Positions 36,751 to 49,612 of a DNA stretch of 64,000 bases are shown here, in pieces. Origin of the DNA: Octopus vulgaris (Eukaryota); contig OX597819.1 of assembly GCA_951406725.2 (NCBI GenBank), positions 133,548,001 through 133,612,000 on the forward strand, given 5' to 3'. The translations under genes and the position numbers were made by a program. The notes beneath the pieces were generated by a model. That model worked only from the letters and a program-made list of their open reading frames with translations, did no database searches and was not told where the DNA came from. Numbering within the stretch: position 1 is the first letter of the stretch; every line of letters begins with the position of its first letter.

Positions 36751-39708
36751 ACAACTTAGAACAATGCAAACATCAAACTTCACTTACCTCGACATTCCTA
36801 TTAAATGTACGTGGCATCAACCCATCAATTATTGCCCAAAAATGGAAGATCCCATATATAGAGAGTTGGCTTGCCGAAACAACACATTGCTTCCCTTTCT
36901 TTATCCTTACCGAGACTCACCTGAACAACACCCATATAGACGCCGAGGTGAAAATAAAAGATTTCACCATTGTTCGTGCGGATCGTACAAACCGAAATAA
37001 GGGAGGGACAGCCATCTTTATCCATGACTCCTTCTCACTTGATGCCAAGGACATATTTTCCAATGGCTATTGTGAATCTGTATCACTATTCAGCAAGGCC
37101 AAGAACATTGTCGGTCTTTACAGGCCTCCCCAAGCACCTTTAAAGTGCTTTGAAGAGTGCCTTAGCAAAGTCAAGTCCTTCCTTCGGAAGTACCACTCCG
37201 GAAACATACTAGTGATGGGTGATTTTAACCTCCCTCATGTGAACTGGCCCACAAATACTCTAAAGTTAGGCAAGTGCTCTACATCAGATAGAGCAGCAGC
37301 GGAACTGCTCTTTAATCTAATGGATGAATACTTCCTGACTCAGCTTGTGCTCGAACCAACGAGACAGAATAAAACGATCTTGGATCTGGTATTGACCAAT
37401 CACTCTAGCTTCGTTCACAGTAATTCAGTTGAAAAAACTCTCCTCTCAGATCACGACAAGGTACTCTGCAATTTCAATTCCCGACATATAAAAACCAAAC
37501 CAGCCAATCCCACTCCATGGCACTCATTTGATAACATAAACTTCCACAAAGCGGACTGGGGAGCAATCAGAAAGGATCTGTCTTTCATCGACTGGTCTTT
37601 TACTCTCAATTCCACCCATATTGAGACGGCATGGCAGCACTTTGAAAACATTGTCACATATACATGCTCTAAGCACGCTCCCACGAAATCTACTAACACA
37701 AACAGAAATCGGCTCCCTAAAAAGAAGAAAACACTCATCAGGCGCATCAAAAGACTTAACAAAAAAAATCAACCAATCAAAATATTCCCACAAACAACAT
37801 CCACATTCAACAACAATGAAAAGGCTAGAGCTGGAAAAACTTCATCTGCAGAACGACATGAAAACCTCCATTGAAAACCAAAGAGCTGCGGTGGAACAGT
37901 GGGTAATCAAAAACATCAAACAGAACCCAAAAGTGTTCTATTCCTATGCAAATAAGCATAGAACCACTGTCTCACCCATTGGGCCATTGATTGATGCTAA
38001 CGGCATTCCCCAACACGATGCTAAAGAAATGGCAGAAATACTGCAGAAACAATACTGCTCTGTCTTTAGTGTTCCCACTGATATTGACGTAAGAGAAGCG
38101 AACGAAGTTGACTCCCAACATAAAATCTCAGACATAACCTTCACTCCCACCGACATCGTAGCAGCAATAAATGAGGTCAAATACTACTCTGCTGTAGGCC
38201 CTGATAGATTCCCCGCTAGTCTCCTGAAGGAATGTAGACACCAACTTGCAGTCCCTCTGACCAACCTCTGGAGAAATTCGTTAGATGCAGGTTATATACC
38301 AAAACAGTCAGTCATCCCGGTTTTCAAACAGGGAAACAGATCCCTCGCACTCAACTATCGCCCAATCTCACTCACCTCCCACATCATCAAAGTGTTTGAA
38401 AGAGTGTTAAGATCAAGGATGGCTGACTTCCTGGAGACCCAGAAACTCCTAAATGCAAATCAGCATGGCTTTCGCTGTGGCAGGGACTGTCTAACACAGC
38501 TCTTACACCACATTGAAGATGTACTCAAAGCCTTGGGATCAGGTTCGAACTCTGATGTCATATATCTTGACTTCAGTAAAGCGTTCGACAGGGTAGACCA
38601 TAACATCCTACTCTCAAAATTGGCAAATGTTGGAATCCGTGGAAAAGTTCAACACTGGATCAAGTATTTCCTGGCGAATAGAACACAGCATGTTGTAGTT
38701 GATGGAGTCAACTCAAGCCCAGCAAAAGTCACCAGCGCTGTCCCCCAGGGGACTGTCTTGGGTCCGCTACTCTTCATAATCTACATAAACGACCTTTCCA
38801 GTGTCGTACATTACTGCAAAGTGAAAATATTTGCTGATGACACCAAGCTCCAGCAAATCGTCAATGAAGAAGCAGACCGAACTCAACTCCAGTCTGATCT
38901 ATATGCTGTGAGTCAATGGGCAGACAGAAACAAAATGCAACTGAACGAGGGAAAATTTGAGCTGATGCATTTTGGAAGAAACTCCTCACTAAAACAGCCA
39001 TACTCTCTTCCTTCAGGGGAACCGCTCACAGCCTCTAACAATATGAGAGACCTGGGTGTAATTGTTGATGACGATCTCAGTTGGAGTGCACACATCAACA
39101 AGAAGGTCGATATAGCTCGTAGGATGAGTTCCTGGATCTTAAGAACTTTCCGGTCCAGAGAACAAGGTGTCATCATACCACTTTTTTCCTCCTTTGTACG
39201 GCCACACCTTGAATACTGCTACTCACTGTGGTCTCCTCACACAAGACAAAACATCTCCAGAATTGAGTCACCCCAGAGGGCACTCACTAAACGCATTGAA
39301 GACATGGCTGCTCTCGATTATTGGGATCGCCTTAAAGCCTTGAAACTTTACTCCCTCCAGCGTCGCCGTGGGCGGTACATCATTTGTACGATGTGGAAAA
39401 TATACCGCCAACTTTGCCCAAACGACCTAAACATTAGCTTCAAGGTTCATCCAAGACTTGGACCACGGGCTATACGTCCCCTGCCCAATTCAAGATCACA
39501 ACATACATGTACACTGCAACATAATTTCTTTTCCTCAACAGGCCCTGCCCTATTTAACATTGTCCCGAGAGAGATCAAAGAGGAAAAGGATCCCATCAAC
39601 TTTAAACAGAGTCTGGATAGATTCCTTCAAAGAATACCAGATAAGCCACCCATAATTGGATACAACTCACCCAACAAGAACTCACTACTTGAACAAAACT
39701 TGACTTAA
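36585..39708 (+). CDS. ORF2: APE endonuclease + reverse transcriptase (frameshift in the A-run near 37765)
   Basis: LTETHL, GLYRPP, MGDFNLP, LDLVL, SDHD; NYRPISLTS, YLDFSKAFD, VPQGTVLGP, IFADDTK. Confidence 0.9.
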
Positions 39709-39812
39709 ACAAAACTTGACTTAAACAGGATTCGAATAATCCTATCAGGTGGTGCTATTAAGTTAGATTGGCCTGGACCAATCTTTGGTCGAAACATATC
39801 TAAGTTTATCTA

Positions 39813-39852
<40 letters not shown>

Positions 39853-39958
39853 TAAATGAAAGAATGGAGTCGAACGAAGATTTTAACAAAATTCCTTTAC
39901 TCTCGACATATGTTTCGACTTAAATATATATATATATATTTATATATATATATATATG

Positions 39959-40035
<77 letters not shown>

Positions 40036-40376
40036 CTATACATTTACGAATACCAACATAAACGCGTCTATATATATCTGCACGTGCAAGTGTGTGTGTT
40101 TGTGTGCGTATGCATGTGTGCACGTAAGTAGGCGTTTTTTTCCTCACTGCCCTGCGACTGGTAGAGTTTTGTTTACGTCGTGTAATCCAGCAGCTGGGCA
40201 GAAAGAGATTGAAAGTACGAGAGGCAAGAAGTGCCGAGACCTTCAGAACAGCAGCAGCAGCAGCAGCAGCCCGTTCAGACGAACGACAGAAACAAGCAGA
40301 AGATTAAGAGACTCTCTCTTGTGTTTCTCTCTCTCTTTCTGTCTCTCGCACGCGCGCGCTCTTTCTACACACACAA

Positions 40377-40467
<91 letters not shown>

Positions 40468-40567
40468 TCACCTTTCAACTTCCGGTCTTTCAATATGTGA
40501 CCTCGTGAGTACCGCCAGCGATTTTTTTCCCTCTGTCTTCCCTTCTCGGGATCTTTCCTTCTTCTAT

Positions 40568-40602
40568 GTCTCCGACGAAGAGCTCCGCTCGAAACGTTAA
40601 AC
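40568..40602 (+). ncRNA. Minimal hammerhead-like motif (CCGACGA core variant)
   Basis: GTCT-CCGACGA-A-GAGC-TCC-GCTC-GAAA-CG-TT-AAAC; palindromic ACGT stem III. Confidence 0.55.
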
Positions 40603-43102
40603 CCGGGTTATCTAGGACGTTGCTCCTAAGGGCATTGGACTTCGCCAAGCAGTATGTCAACATCGATAGCTCGGAAATTGAAATTATTATGCATGCGAGG
40701 AAATCGCTTCTTTTTTTCGAGGATTCCACCTGGATTAAGAAGACTGAGGATTCTCTTTTCGATGTACCGATGGGGGCATACGACGGGGCTGAATTATGTA
40801 TGCTCATAGGAGCCTTTATTCTCCATAATCTAAAAATAGAATTCCCATTTATAGATGCAGGTTTATATAGGGATGACGGCCTTATAGCCACGCATAATCT
40901 AAACGGCCATGAATCAGATAGACTTAGGAAGGACCTTATGGCTTTCTTTCAAAGGATGGGCTTACGGGTTACGATAGATGCTAACCTGAATAGTGTAGAT
41001 CTTTTAGACGTAAATTTTAATGTAAGATCGAATAGATTTAAACCTTTCCATAAGCCCAATGAAAAGCTATCGTATATTAGCAAAGATTCGAACCATCCAC
41101 CAGTTATCCTTAGCAACTTAGTCAGCAATGTAGGTAGAAGAATATCTTCAATTTCTTCGGACGAGGCAGCATTCCATAATGCTGCACCTTATTACGATAG
41201 CGCATTAAAGAATAGTGGATTCTCGGAGAAGATCCAGTTCAACCAGCTTAATGCTGATAATAATGCTGCACGAAGAACTAGGATCAGGAAAGTTTTGTGG
41301 TTCAACCCGGCTTTCAATTTGGCCGTAAAGACTAATATAGGTAAGGAATTTTTTAGATTAGTCTCTAAGCATTTTAAGCAGGGTCATAAATTCTACAGAA
41401 TATTTAATAGAAGAACCCTGAAGGTTAGCTATTCTTGTTGCAGAAATTTCGCCTCTTACATTAGCCAACATAATAGGAAGCTAATTGAGATTAGACATGG
41501 TGCCGAGCCCATTAAGAAATGTAATTTCAAAAACGAAAGCTCCTGTCCGTTAGAAGGGAAATGTCTAGTGAAAGGAGTAGTTTATAGAGCCAAGGTGCAA
41601 GTGGAAGGCTCATCGGAATACAAGACATACACAGGGGCTTCAGAAAATTCATTTAAAACAAGATTTTATTCTCATAAAAATTCATTTAAATACCCAGAGA
41701 ATAGGAAGAAAACCAGCCTAGCAAAATATGTCTGGGAACTAAAAGAAAAGGAAGCCCCACCTTTCAACGTGACATGGAGCATTCTGGACAGGGCGGCACC
41801 ATACAGGCATGGAGCTTACAAAAATAATTTCAAGTGCAGACTTTGTTTATTAGAGAAAATGTATATCTTATTCAAAGACAATAATTCTTTGAATCAAAGA
41901 AGTGAGTTAATGAACTTATGTAGGCACGCGGCTAAATTTAAAATGTCGAATATAAATATACCATATGGATAGAGTATATATTTTGTAGTTTTGATTTTTG
42001 ATTTTGATTTTGACTCTTGAGCGCTACGATGAATTTGGATTCTGTTTCCAAGCTACGTGGATCTTAATCCGTATAGCAAAGTCTTATGTTTCTACATATA
42101 TATTAGGAAAAACCTACAAACTTTGTTTTCATGTTATTGTATTGCATAGGATTACCTTGATTATTTATATTACCTTGATTATTTATAAATGACCCAAAAT
42201 AGGATGTTATATTTTATTTTATATGTCTTTCGTATATATTTTTATTAATGCACCCATTTTTAAAAGCAATGTTTTTTAAAAAAAGCAATGTTGTCAAAAT
42301 TAGAATGTTTATATAAGTATGTGTATAGCAAAGCATATGTATTTGTAAGCATGCGTATCTGTGTATGTGTAAGTGAAAGTATGTTTTGCTTAAGCACACA
42401 TATACACGACGGTATGTATATGTATCCATTCAAACTTGTGTATGTATACTGGCCTCTATAGATGCCAATAACATCGTTACACTGCTTATTTCGTTTTTTT
42501 CCCCACCCCTCCTTCGTTTCTTTTTTCTCTCTCTCCCTATCTTTCGTTCCCCCTCCTTGCCCAGTATATGAGAATTGCTACATAGATGAATTTTAGCTTG
42601 CGTGCGAGACGGTTTGCGTGAATATATGTACACATGCTCTTATGTGTATATTTAGATTCATATTCATACGTCTGTATATGTATGTATGGCGTTTACGCGC
42701 ATCCTTTTGTGTATGTTGATATATATATGTAGATTTTAATATAAATATGTATTGCAGTATTTATAACAGGTTTAATTTCTATGCATTAATTTGCACTGTC
42801 TTCATTAACGTCAATGGTTTTTCCTCGGATTTTATAATTTTTATAAGTTTTATATATAATTTTTATAAGTTTTTTATATATATATACATATATCTTTGAC
42901 CTTTTTGTTTATCGCTCGAAGATTGACCGCTTTTTCTAAAGGGCCAATCAAACAAGTCCATTTATTTTTAAAGGTGTAGCGTTTGTAAGAGTATAGATTG
43001 AATTGATATATCAGTTCCATTCTAACAAAAACTGTCTGATGAACGGCAACGAGAAACTCAGAGTAACAGATTTTGTTGAATTTTCTGCTGCTTAAAATAA
43101 AG
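40600..43102 (+). mobile_element. 5'-truncated Naiad-type Penelope element (partial RT, GIY-YIG, 3' pLTR with hammerhead)
   Basis: ORF to 41972: VPMGAYDGAE, GLYRDDGL, SNHPP, CPLEGKC..GVVY...YTG, CRLCLLEK, LNQRSELMNLCRH; ends in (TA)n. Confidence 0.88.
43024..43077 (+). ncRNA. Type I hammerhead ribozyme, canonical core
   Basis: AACAAAAACTGT-CTGATGA-ACGGCAACGA-GAAA-CTCAGAG-TA-ACAGATTTTGTT; long stem I, GUA cleavage triplet. Confidence 0.85.
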
Positions 43103-43257
43103 TATATATATATATATACATATATACATATATATATATACATATATATATATACATATATATTTATATACATATATATATATACATATATATTTATATA
43201 CATATATATATATACATATAAATATATATATATATACATATAAATATATATATATAC

Positions 43258-43312
<55 letters not shown>

Positions 43313-43327
43313 CATATATACATCTAC

Positions 43328-43378
<51 letters not shown>

Positions 43379-43601
43379 ATCAATATAGGGTGGCAAAAAA
43401 AATTTTGTAGAATTCTTTTGCCACCAGCGGCCTAGTGGGAAAAAATTAAATAGTCATAGACCATTTTTAAGTTCAACATCAACAATCAAGGAACGGCTAT
43501 AATAGGCCATTCACCCACTAGAAATAACAGCCAAAGCTTCAACCGCAAATAAAAATTAATTCCGTAAACCAGGAGAAAATTTAAAAAACATTTACCTTGT
43601 A

Positions 43602-43708
43602 ATTTCTTATACGATATACCGTTTCATCTGCTGATTAATGGTAAACTAACCTGATTAAATTAAATCAAGCCAATCTTCCAAAGGCCCTCAGATTCTTCAG
43701 TAAGAAAT
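43602..43708 (-). ncRNA. Type I hammerhead with extended stem II
   Basis: Reverse complement of the motif at 44106-44212. Confidence 0.8.
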
Positions 43709-44105
43709 AGCCCAAGTCGGAACAGATATTTTCACGAGGCAAATCCGACCTTGCCAAGGTTATATCTGACCTAAAATTTTCAAATCGTCGCACTCGGGCC
43801 AAATTTATCGGCAGCAAATAAATATAAGCCGTCGATTCCATTACGGAATTAACCAGAAAATTCATAATTAATCAATATAGGGTGGCAAAAAAAATTTTGT
43901 AGAATTCTTTTGCCACCAGCGGCCTAGTGGGAAAAAATTAAATAGTCATAGACCATTTTTAAGTTCAACATCAACAATCAAGGAACGGCCATAATAGGCC
44001 ATTCACCCACTAGAAATAACAGCCAAAGCTTCAACCGCAAATAAAAATTAATTCCGTAAACCAGGAGAAAATTTAAAAAACATTTACCTTGTTCCGACTT
44101 GGGCT

Positions 44106-44212
44106 ATTTCTTACTGAAGAATCTGAGGGCCTTTGGAAGATTGGCTTGATTTAATTTAATCAGGTTAGTTTACCATTAATCAGCAGATGAAACGGTATAT
44201 CGTATAAGAAAT
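44106..44212 (+). ncRNA. Type I hammerhead with extended stem II
   Basis: ATTTCTTA-CTGAAGA-ATCTG...CAGAT-GAAA-CGGTATATCG-TA-TAAGAAAT; perfect 8-bp stem I. Confidence 0.85.
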
Positions 44213-44597
44213 TACAAGGTAAATGTTTTTTAAATTTTCTCCTGGTTTACGGAATTAATTTTTATTTGCGGTTGAAGCTTTGGCTGTTATTTCTAGTGGG
44301 TGAATGGCCTATTATGGCCGTTCCTTGATTGTTGATGTTGAACTTAAAAATGGTCTATGACTATTTAATTTTTTCCCACTAGGCCGCTGGTGGCAAAAGA
44401 ATTCTACAAAATTTTTTTTGCCACCCTATAGTGATTAATTATGAATTTTCTGGTTAATTCCGTCATGGAATCGACGGCTTATATTTATTTGCTGCCGATA
44501 AATTTGGCGCGAGTGCGACGATTTGAAAATTTTAGGTCAGATATAACCTTGGCAAGGTCGGATTTGCCTCGTGAAAATATCTGTTCCGACTTGGGCT

Positions 44598-44704
44598 ATT
44601 TCTTACTGAAGAATCTGAGGGCCTTTGGAAGATTGGCTTGATTTAATTTAATCAGGTTAGTTTACCATTAATCAGCAGATGAAACGGTATATCGTATAAG
44701 AAAT
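44598..44704 (+). ncRNA. Type I hammerhead with extended stem II
   Basis: Same motif, next monomer. Confidence 0.85.
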
Positions 44705-45088
44705 TACAAGGTAAATGTTTTTTAAATTTTCTCCTGGTTTACGGAATTAATTTTTATTTGCGGTTGAAGCTTTGGCTGTTATTTCTAGTGGGTGAATGGC
44801 CTATTATGGCCGTTCCTTGATTGTTGATGTTGAACTTAAAAATGGTCTATGACTATTTAATTTTTTCCCACTAGGCCGCTGGTGGCAAAAGAATTCTACA
44901 AAATTTTTTTGCCACCCTATATTGATTAATTATGAATTTTCTGGTTAATTCCGTAATGGAATCGACGGCTTATATTTATTTGCTGCCGATAAATTTGGCG
45001 CGAGTGCGACGATTTGAAAATTTTAGGTCAGATATAACCTTGGCAAGGTCGGATTTGCCTCGTGAAAATATCTGTTCCGACTTGGGCT

Positions 45089-45195
45089 ATTTCTTACTGA
45101 AGAATCTGAGGGCCTTTGAAAGATTGGCTTGATTTAATTTAATCAGGTTAGTTTACCATTAATCAGCAGATGAAACGGTATATCGTATAAGAAAT
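45089..45195 (+). ncRNA. Type I hammerhead with extended stem II
   Basis: Same motif, last monomer. Confidence 0.85.
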
Positions 45196-45315
45196 TACAA
45201 GGTAAATGTTTTTAAAATTTTCTCCTGGTTTACGGAATTAATTTTTATTTGCGGTTGAAGCTTTGGCTGTTATTTCTAGTGGGTGAATGGCCTATTATGG
45301 CCGTTCCTTGATTGT

Positions 45316-45378
<63 letters not shown>

Positions 45379-46599
45379 TATGGCTATATATGGAAAAAGT
45401 GACGAATGGGATTGTTGGTGTCTCATTTATTCCACGGTTTTTCATTCAGTAACGTATGGATGGCAAATCATATGTTTGTAAACACAGAAGTGAGCAATGA
45501 TACCGTAATATCGATTACATGTTATTGATTAGTGACAGACCTATAGCCATTTAGTCATAACACTTGTGAGCAAATACAGATACAAATTGGATGAATTCAC
45601 ATATAGAAAAACGGATGATTTGGTTGAAGTTGTTTAGTTAATTCGGGAAGCGAGAGTTAGCTTTGGAAGTGCAAAAGAAGCGGAAGCAAACAGACAATTC
45701 TTTCCCGTGGCAAGATAATTCCAATGGTTCCATTCGTTTATCTGTCTATAAATGCAGGTAATTGTCTGTTTGCAACGGCGAAGTTTTGTGAAGTCTCTTT
45801 ACTATGGCACAGTCAGTAATAAGTTAGGTGGGATGTGTTTCTATTGGGTTGGTTCCCAGCTCTCAAACTTAAGATCCAGAATAAGGAGATTAGATGAGAC
45901 AAAGAGTGTTAGGTCGAGGGGAAAATATCGAAGAGAAGTGACCCAGGTCATAGGAAAATCCCAAGAACGTATTAGTAAATACAAATTGTTACCTTTCAGT
46001 TGCCAAACAAGCTCATTCAATAAAGTTCTATGTATTTATTTCCTATAGCTAAAGAAATCTAAGATAGCTTCTCCATCTTACCTACAATTTTGTTACTGTA
46101 GCACAGATATAGTATTAAACTGCATCAAGTGTGCAGGCGGTACAGTAATAGGCAATGTTTTTATCGGAGACAATTGTTATCCAAAGTTCAACTCTCCTTA
46201 TTTCTACAATTACTAAGGCAGTTATTATGAACGGGTAGCAAAGAAATACCAACGTGCGCTATGCTGCAGCGACGAAAATTTAGGAATCGCAGTGTCCTGC
46301 ATAAATATTTTGGTGTTGGGGAATTTCAAAAACCAATATTTCCGTTTGAATAATTAGTAGTATTATTAAGTTTCTTACAGTTCATTGTAGCGACAATATT
46401 CGAAAAATTCAGAGTTGTGGAGTATGAAACAGTTACAGTGGGTATATAAAATGTGCTCTGCATCTTTGCACAAGGCACTTTATCTTCACGTTGCTCCAGT
46501 TCACTCATCTGGCAAAAATGAGTCATACCTGTAATTCAAAAAGCCATCAAGAACATCAGATGTTACCAAGATGTTTCCAACAAAGAACTGCGCGCGCGC

Positions 46600-46935
46600 A
46601 CGCATCAGCTCACAATCTCTCACTTCATTGCTATCCGTTCCATCTGCTGCTGCTACGGGCAGTCCTCCGTATCTGCTAGATCACTCTACCAGGGCTTTAC
46701 TGTCATTCGATGCAGCAACTACGGGCTGGAAGACGCCTCATGGCTGGCTCCGCACTAGATGGTTGAATGTGATTGGGGAAGATCTCCAAAGGCTCGATGT
46801 CACCTTGCAAGATGCAGAGAAGCCCGCACGGGGCCGCCAGTGATGGAGAGCACTGGTGGACCTGCTCGGCTCTACGCATGATGAGGCCACTGGAACCACT
46901 AACTTGGAATAACCCCAGCTCCATCAAGCAAGAGT
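46600..46935 (+). mobile_element. RTE-group LINE 3' fragment
   Basis: GWKTPHG.LRTRWLNVIGEDL...A..R..WRALV, typical of the RTE C-terminus. Confidence 0.6.
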
Positions 46936-47058
46936 AGTCTCGCTGTGGTTTTACTGGGATCTCCCTTTTAAGTAGAAAGAATAGCCAAAACTTTTTGACT
47001 GCTATTTCTAAATTCAGTGTGTGGTGAGGCAAATCGTTGCTAAACCCTTAATTACTTA

Positions 47059-47139
<81 letters not shown>

Positions 47140-47161
47140 CAGATAGATAGATACATACATT

Positions 47162-47193
<32 letters not shown>

Positions 47194-47195
<2 letters not shown>

Positions 47196-47515
47196 GCTCA
47201 GGGGTTAGAGCGTCGAGCTTACGATCGTGAGGTTATGAGCTCGAATCCCGGACCGGGCTGCGTGTTGTGTTCTTGAGCAAAGCACTTTATTTCACGTTGC
47301 TCCAGTTCACTCAGCTGTAGAAATGAGTTGCGACGTCACAGATGCCAAGCTGTACCGACCTTTGTCTTTCCCTTGGATAACACGGGTGGCGTGGAGAGGG
47401 GAGGCCGGTATGCATGGGCGACTGCTGGTCTTCCATAAACAACCTTGCCCGGACTTGTGTCTAGGAGGGTAACTTTCTAGGTGCAATCCCATGGTCATTC
47501 ATGACCGAAGGGGGT

Positions 47516-47518
<3 letters not shown>
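47194..47518 (+). mobile_element. tRNA-derived SINE
   Basis: GGCTCAGGGGTTAGAGC...GCTCGAATCCC head; core CACTTTATTTCACGTTGCTCCAGTTCACTCA also seen at 46476-46508. Confidence 0.75.
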
Positions 47519-47595
<77 letters not shown>

Positions 47596-47619
47596 GAATT
47601 TCTTCTTTCTGCGAATTTT

Positions 47620-47900
47620 GATTCGAATGACAAAATTATAAATACCTTCGATGCTATCATGGACATTTCTACTGTGTTATACTACCCATATCAAATGAAA
47701 CGCAAAACTTTAAATTACATCCACAGATAATCAAACCGTCCCCACTCGATAATTAGTGAACTGACAAGTAATATATCAATATAAATTGTACCGGACAATT
47801 ACATCATGTTTCACAACTAAAGATTTCCTTTCTTAAGTCGGTTTTCAACAAACTTTTTACGTCTTTACTACCAGATTAATTCGTCTAGAGATGTTTAAGC
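47620..47900 (+). pseudogene. Decayed Naiad-type RT fragment
   Basis: YYPYQMKRKTLNYIHR*SNRPHSIISEL resembles FKPFHKPNEKLSYISKDSNHPPVILSNL. Confidence 0.45.
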
Positions 47901-48365
47901 TTCCCTGATTATATTCTTTTAATCGGATTATTGATACAACAAATACGTCTTCTACCAATACACGCCCTTCTTCATTTTGTTAGAGAATAATTTATTTATT
48001 TCCCCTCCTATTAACATATTTGATCGACCAAATAAATGTATACGACCAAGCATGTATGATTTTCCAATACTTTGCTTACATCGGAATTATTCCTCTGGAA
48101 ATAATGTACATATCCAGAAATCTCTTTCTATGTTTAGAGCGGCATTTTCTAAGCAACATCAACTGACTCCATCTCTTCTGAATCCTTTTGATCCTATCTG
48201 TGGACTCTGAACATTGCTTCCCATCCTAACATTGATTATTTTCTACCTCGCTTGCAAATATATTATGTATTCAAAAATGTTCTTCTATATCCTTCAATAA
48301 TTTATTAGTACAGGAAAACTAGAAGATTGCTAAAAACGAACACTTATGTAACCTGATATATGCAC

Positions 48366-48419
<54 letters not shown>

Positions 48420-49571
48420 AGTATATATATGTATATATAAGTATATATATGTATGTAGATGTGGGTGTGTGTCGGTGTAAGTATTTAAATTCTGTACGAC
48501 TTTTTTACCCATTCTTTTAGTCCCCTTCATACCTTCTTCTTTCTTTCCTCTTTCCTTTTTCTCGCCCCTCTCTCATATTTCTTGGCTTTCTCTTTCTTTA
48601 ATCTACCTACTTCTCTCGTTTATCTCCCTTGTACCTTCTCCATGTCCCTTCGATTTTCTTTCTTTCTTTCTTTCTCGTTCTCCTAATTCCCCAATCCCTA
48701 TGCCCTTGCCTCTCTCCTTTCCTTCCACGTGACCGGTGTTCGGCCAAGCATGGTCTTTCTTTCATGGCTTGACTACCGGCCGCGCAGCATCTTTTATATT
48801 CCTGTCTCAGGACTTTCATCTCTTATGTTCATGTCCTATGTTCCCGCCTCAAGGCTTTCACTCTACACTTGCCAACTCAACTTCATTCGTCCCTGTTACT
48901 AGAATTACACCTCTTATTATTTTCTTGTTGCTTGTATTTGTAATTGTGCAACATTCACTTTCTCCGTTTGTTTGTGTTTTTCGTTTTTTGTTTCTTTGTT
49001 GTCGTACACATTCGCTTGCTTTCTCCCAAATATTTAATGCAGTTAGCTTATATGTTTGGGGACAGCCATATTTGAACAGCCTCAAGTGTAACTGGCCGAA
49101 ACTGTAAGGATAATCTGGAAAACTTGACTGAAGCGAGAAGGTCTTGTCCATTTTTGTAGCCGCTATTTGTCCGAATGTTTTATTGCCATCTGTTATGTTC
49201 TACAATTTTGGGGATTTATATAAACATGGCCTGTACAATCTATGGTCGAAACATATCTAAATTATATATATAAATTTTGTTTTTTAAATAGTTGAAGGAT
49301 TAAAATTAATCAAAGACATACTAAGTCTACTTGCTGGAAATAACAGTCAAAATTCCTATTTCCAGCAGATAGACATACTTAGTATGTCCCTTGATTAATT
49401 TTAATCCTTCAGGTATTAAGGCTTTTTGTGGGGAAGGGGGGGGGCTGTATGTGACTATATTATTGATTATGTTATTATCATTTTTAATTGTTAATAATTG
49501 TTACACTAGATAATAACAGAGTCAATAACAACTTCGCAATTATTTTCTCCTGAATTATTTACTCCATATTG

Positions 49572-49612
<41 letters not shown>

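Larger units (their letters stand above)
35280..39817 (+). mobile_element. Near full-length CR1/L2-group LINE, flanked by (TA)n
   Basis: ORF1, APE and RT as listed; 3' tail (ATCTAAGTTT)x2 then (TA)n. Confidence 0.93.
43376..45318. mobile_element. Retrozyme-like array of 491-bp monomers: ~1.5 copies minus, then ~2.5 copies plus, head-to-head, flanked by (TA)n
   Basis: Same 66-codon ORF at 43665-43865(-), 44441 and 44932 (period 491); strand switch at about 44091; four hammerheads. Confidence 0.85.

Noticed and set aside
40566-41972. Selenocysteine recoding as reported for some Naiad elements
   Set aside because: No in-frame TGA in the visible ORF; it ends in TAG.
43376-45318. CRISPR array, plain satellite, or a ribozyme on both polarities
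   Set aside because: No spacers; the monomer carries a ribozyme; I found no CUGANGA core on the antisense strand of the monomer.
47194-47260. tRNA-like sequences at SINE heads
   Set aside because: They continue into SINE bodies and do not show a complete cloverleaf; not called as tRNA genes.
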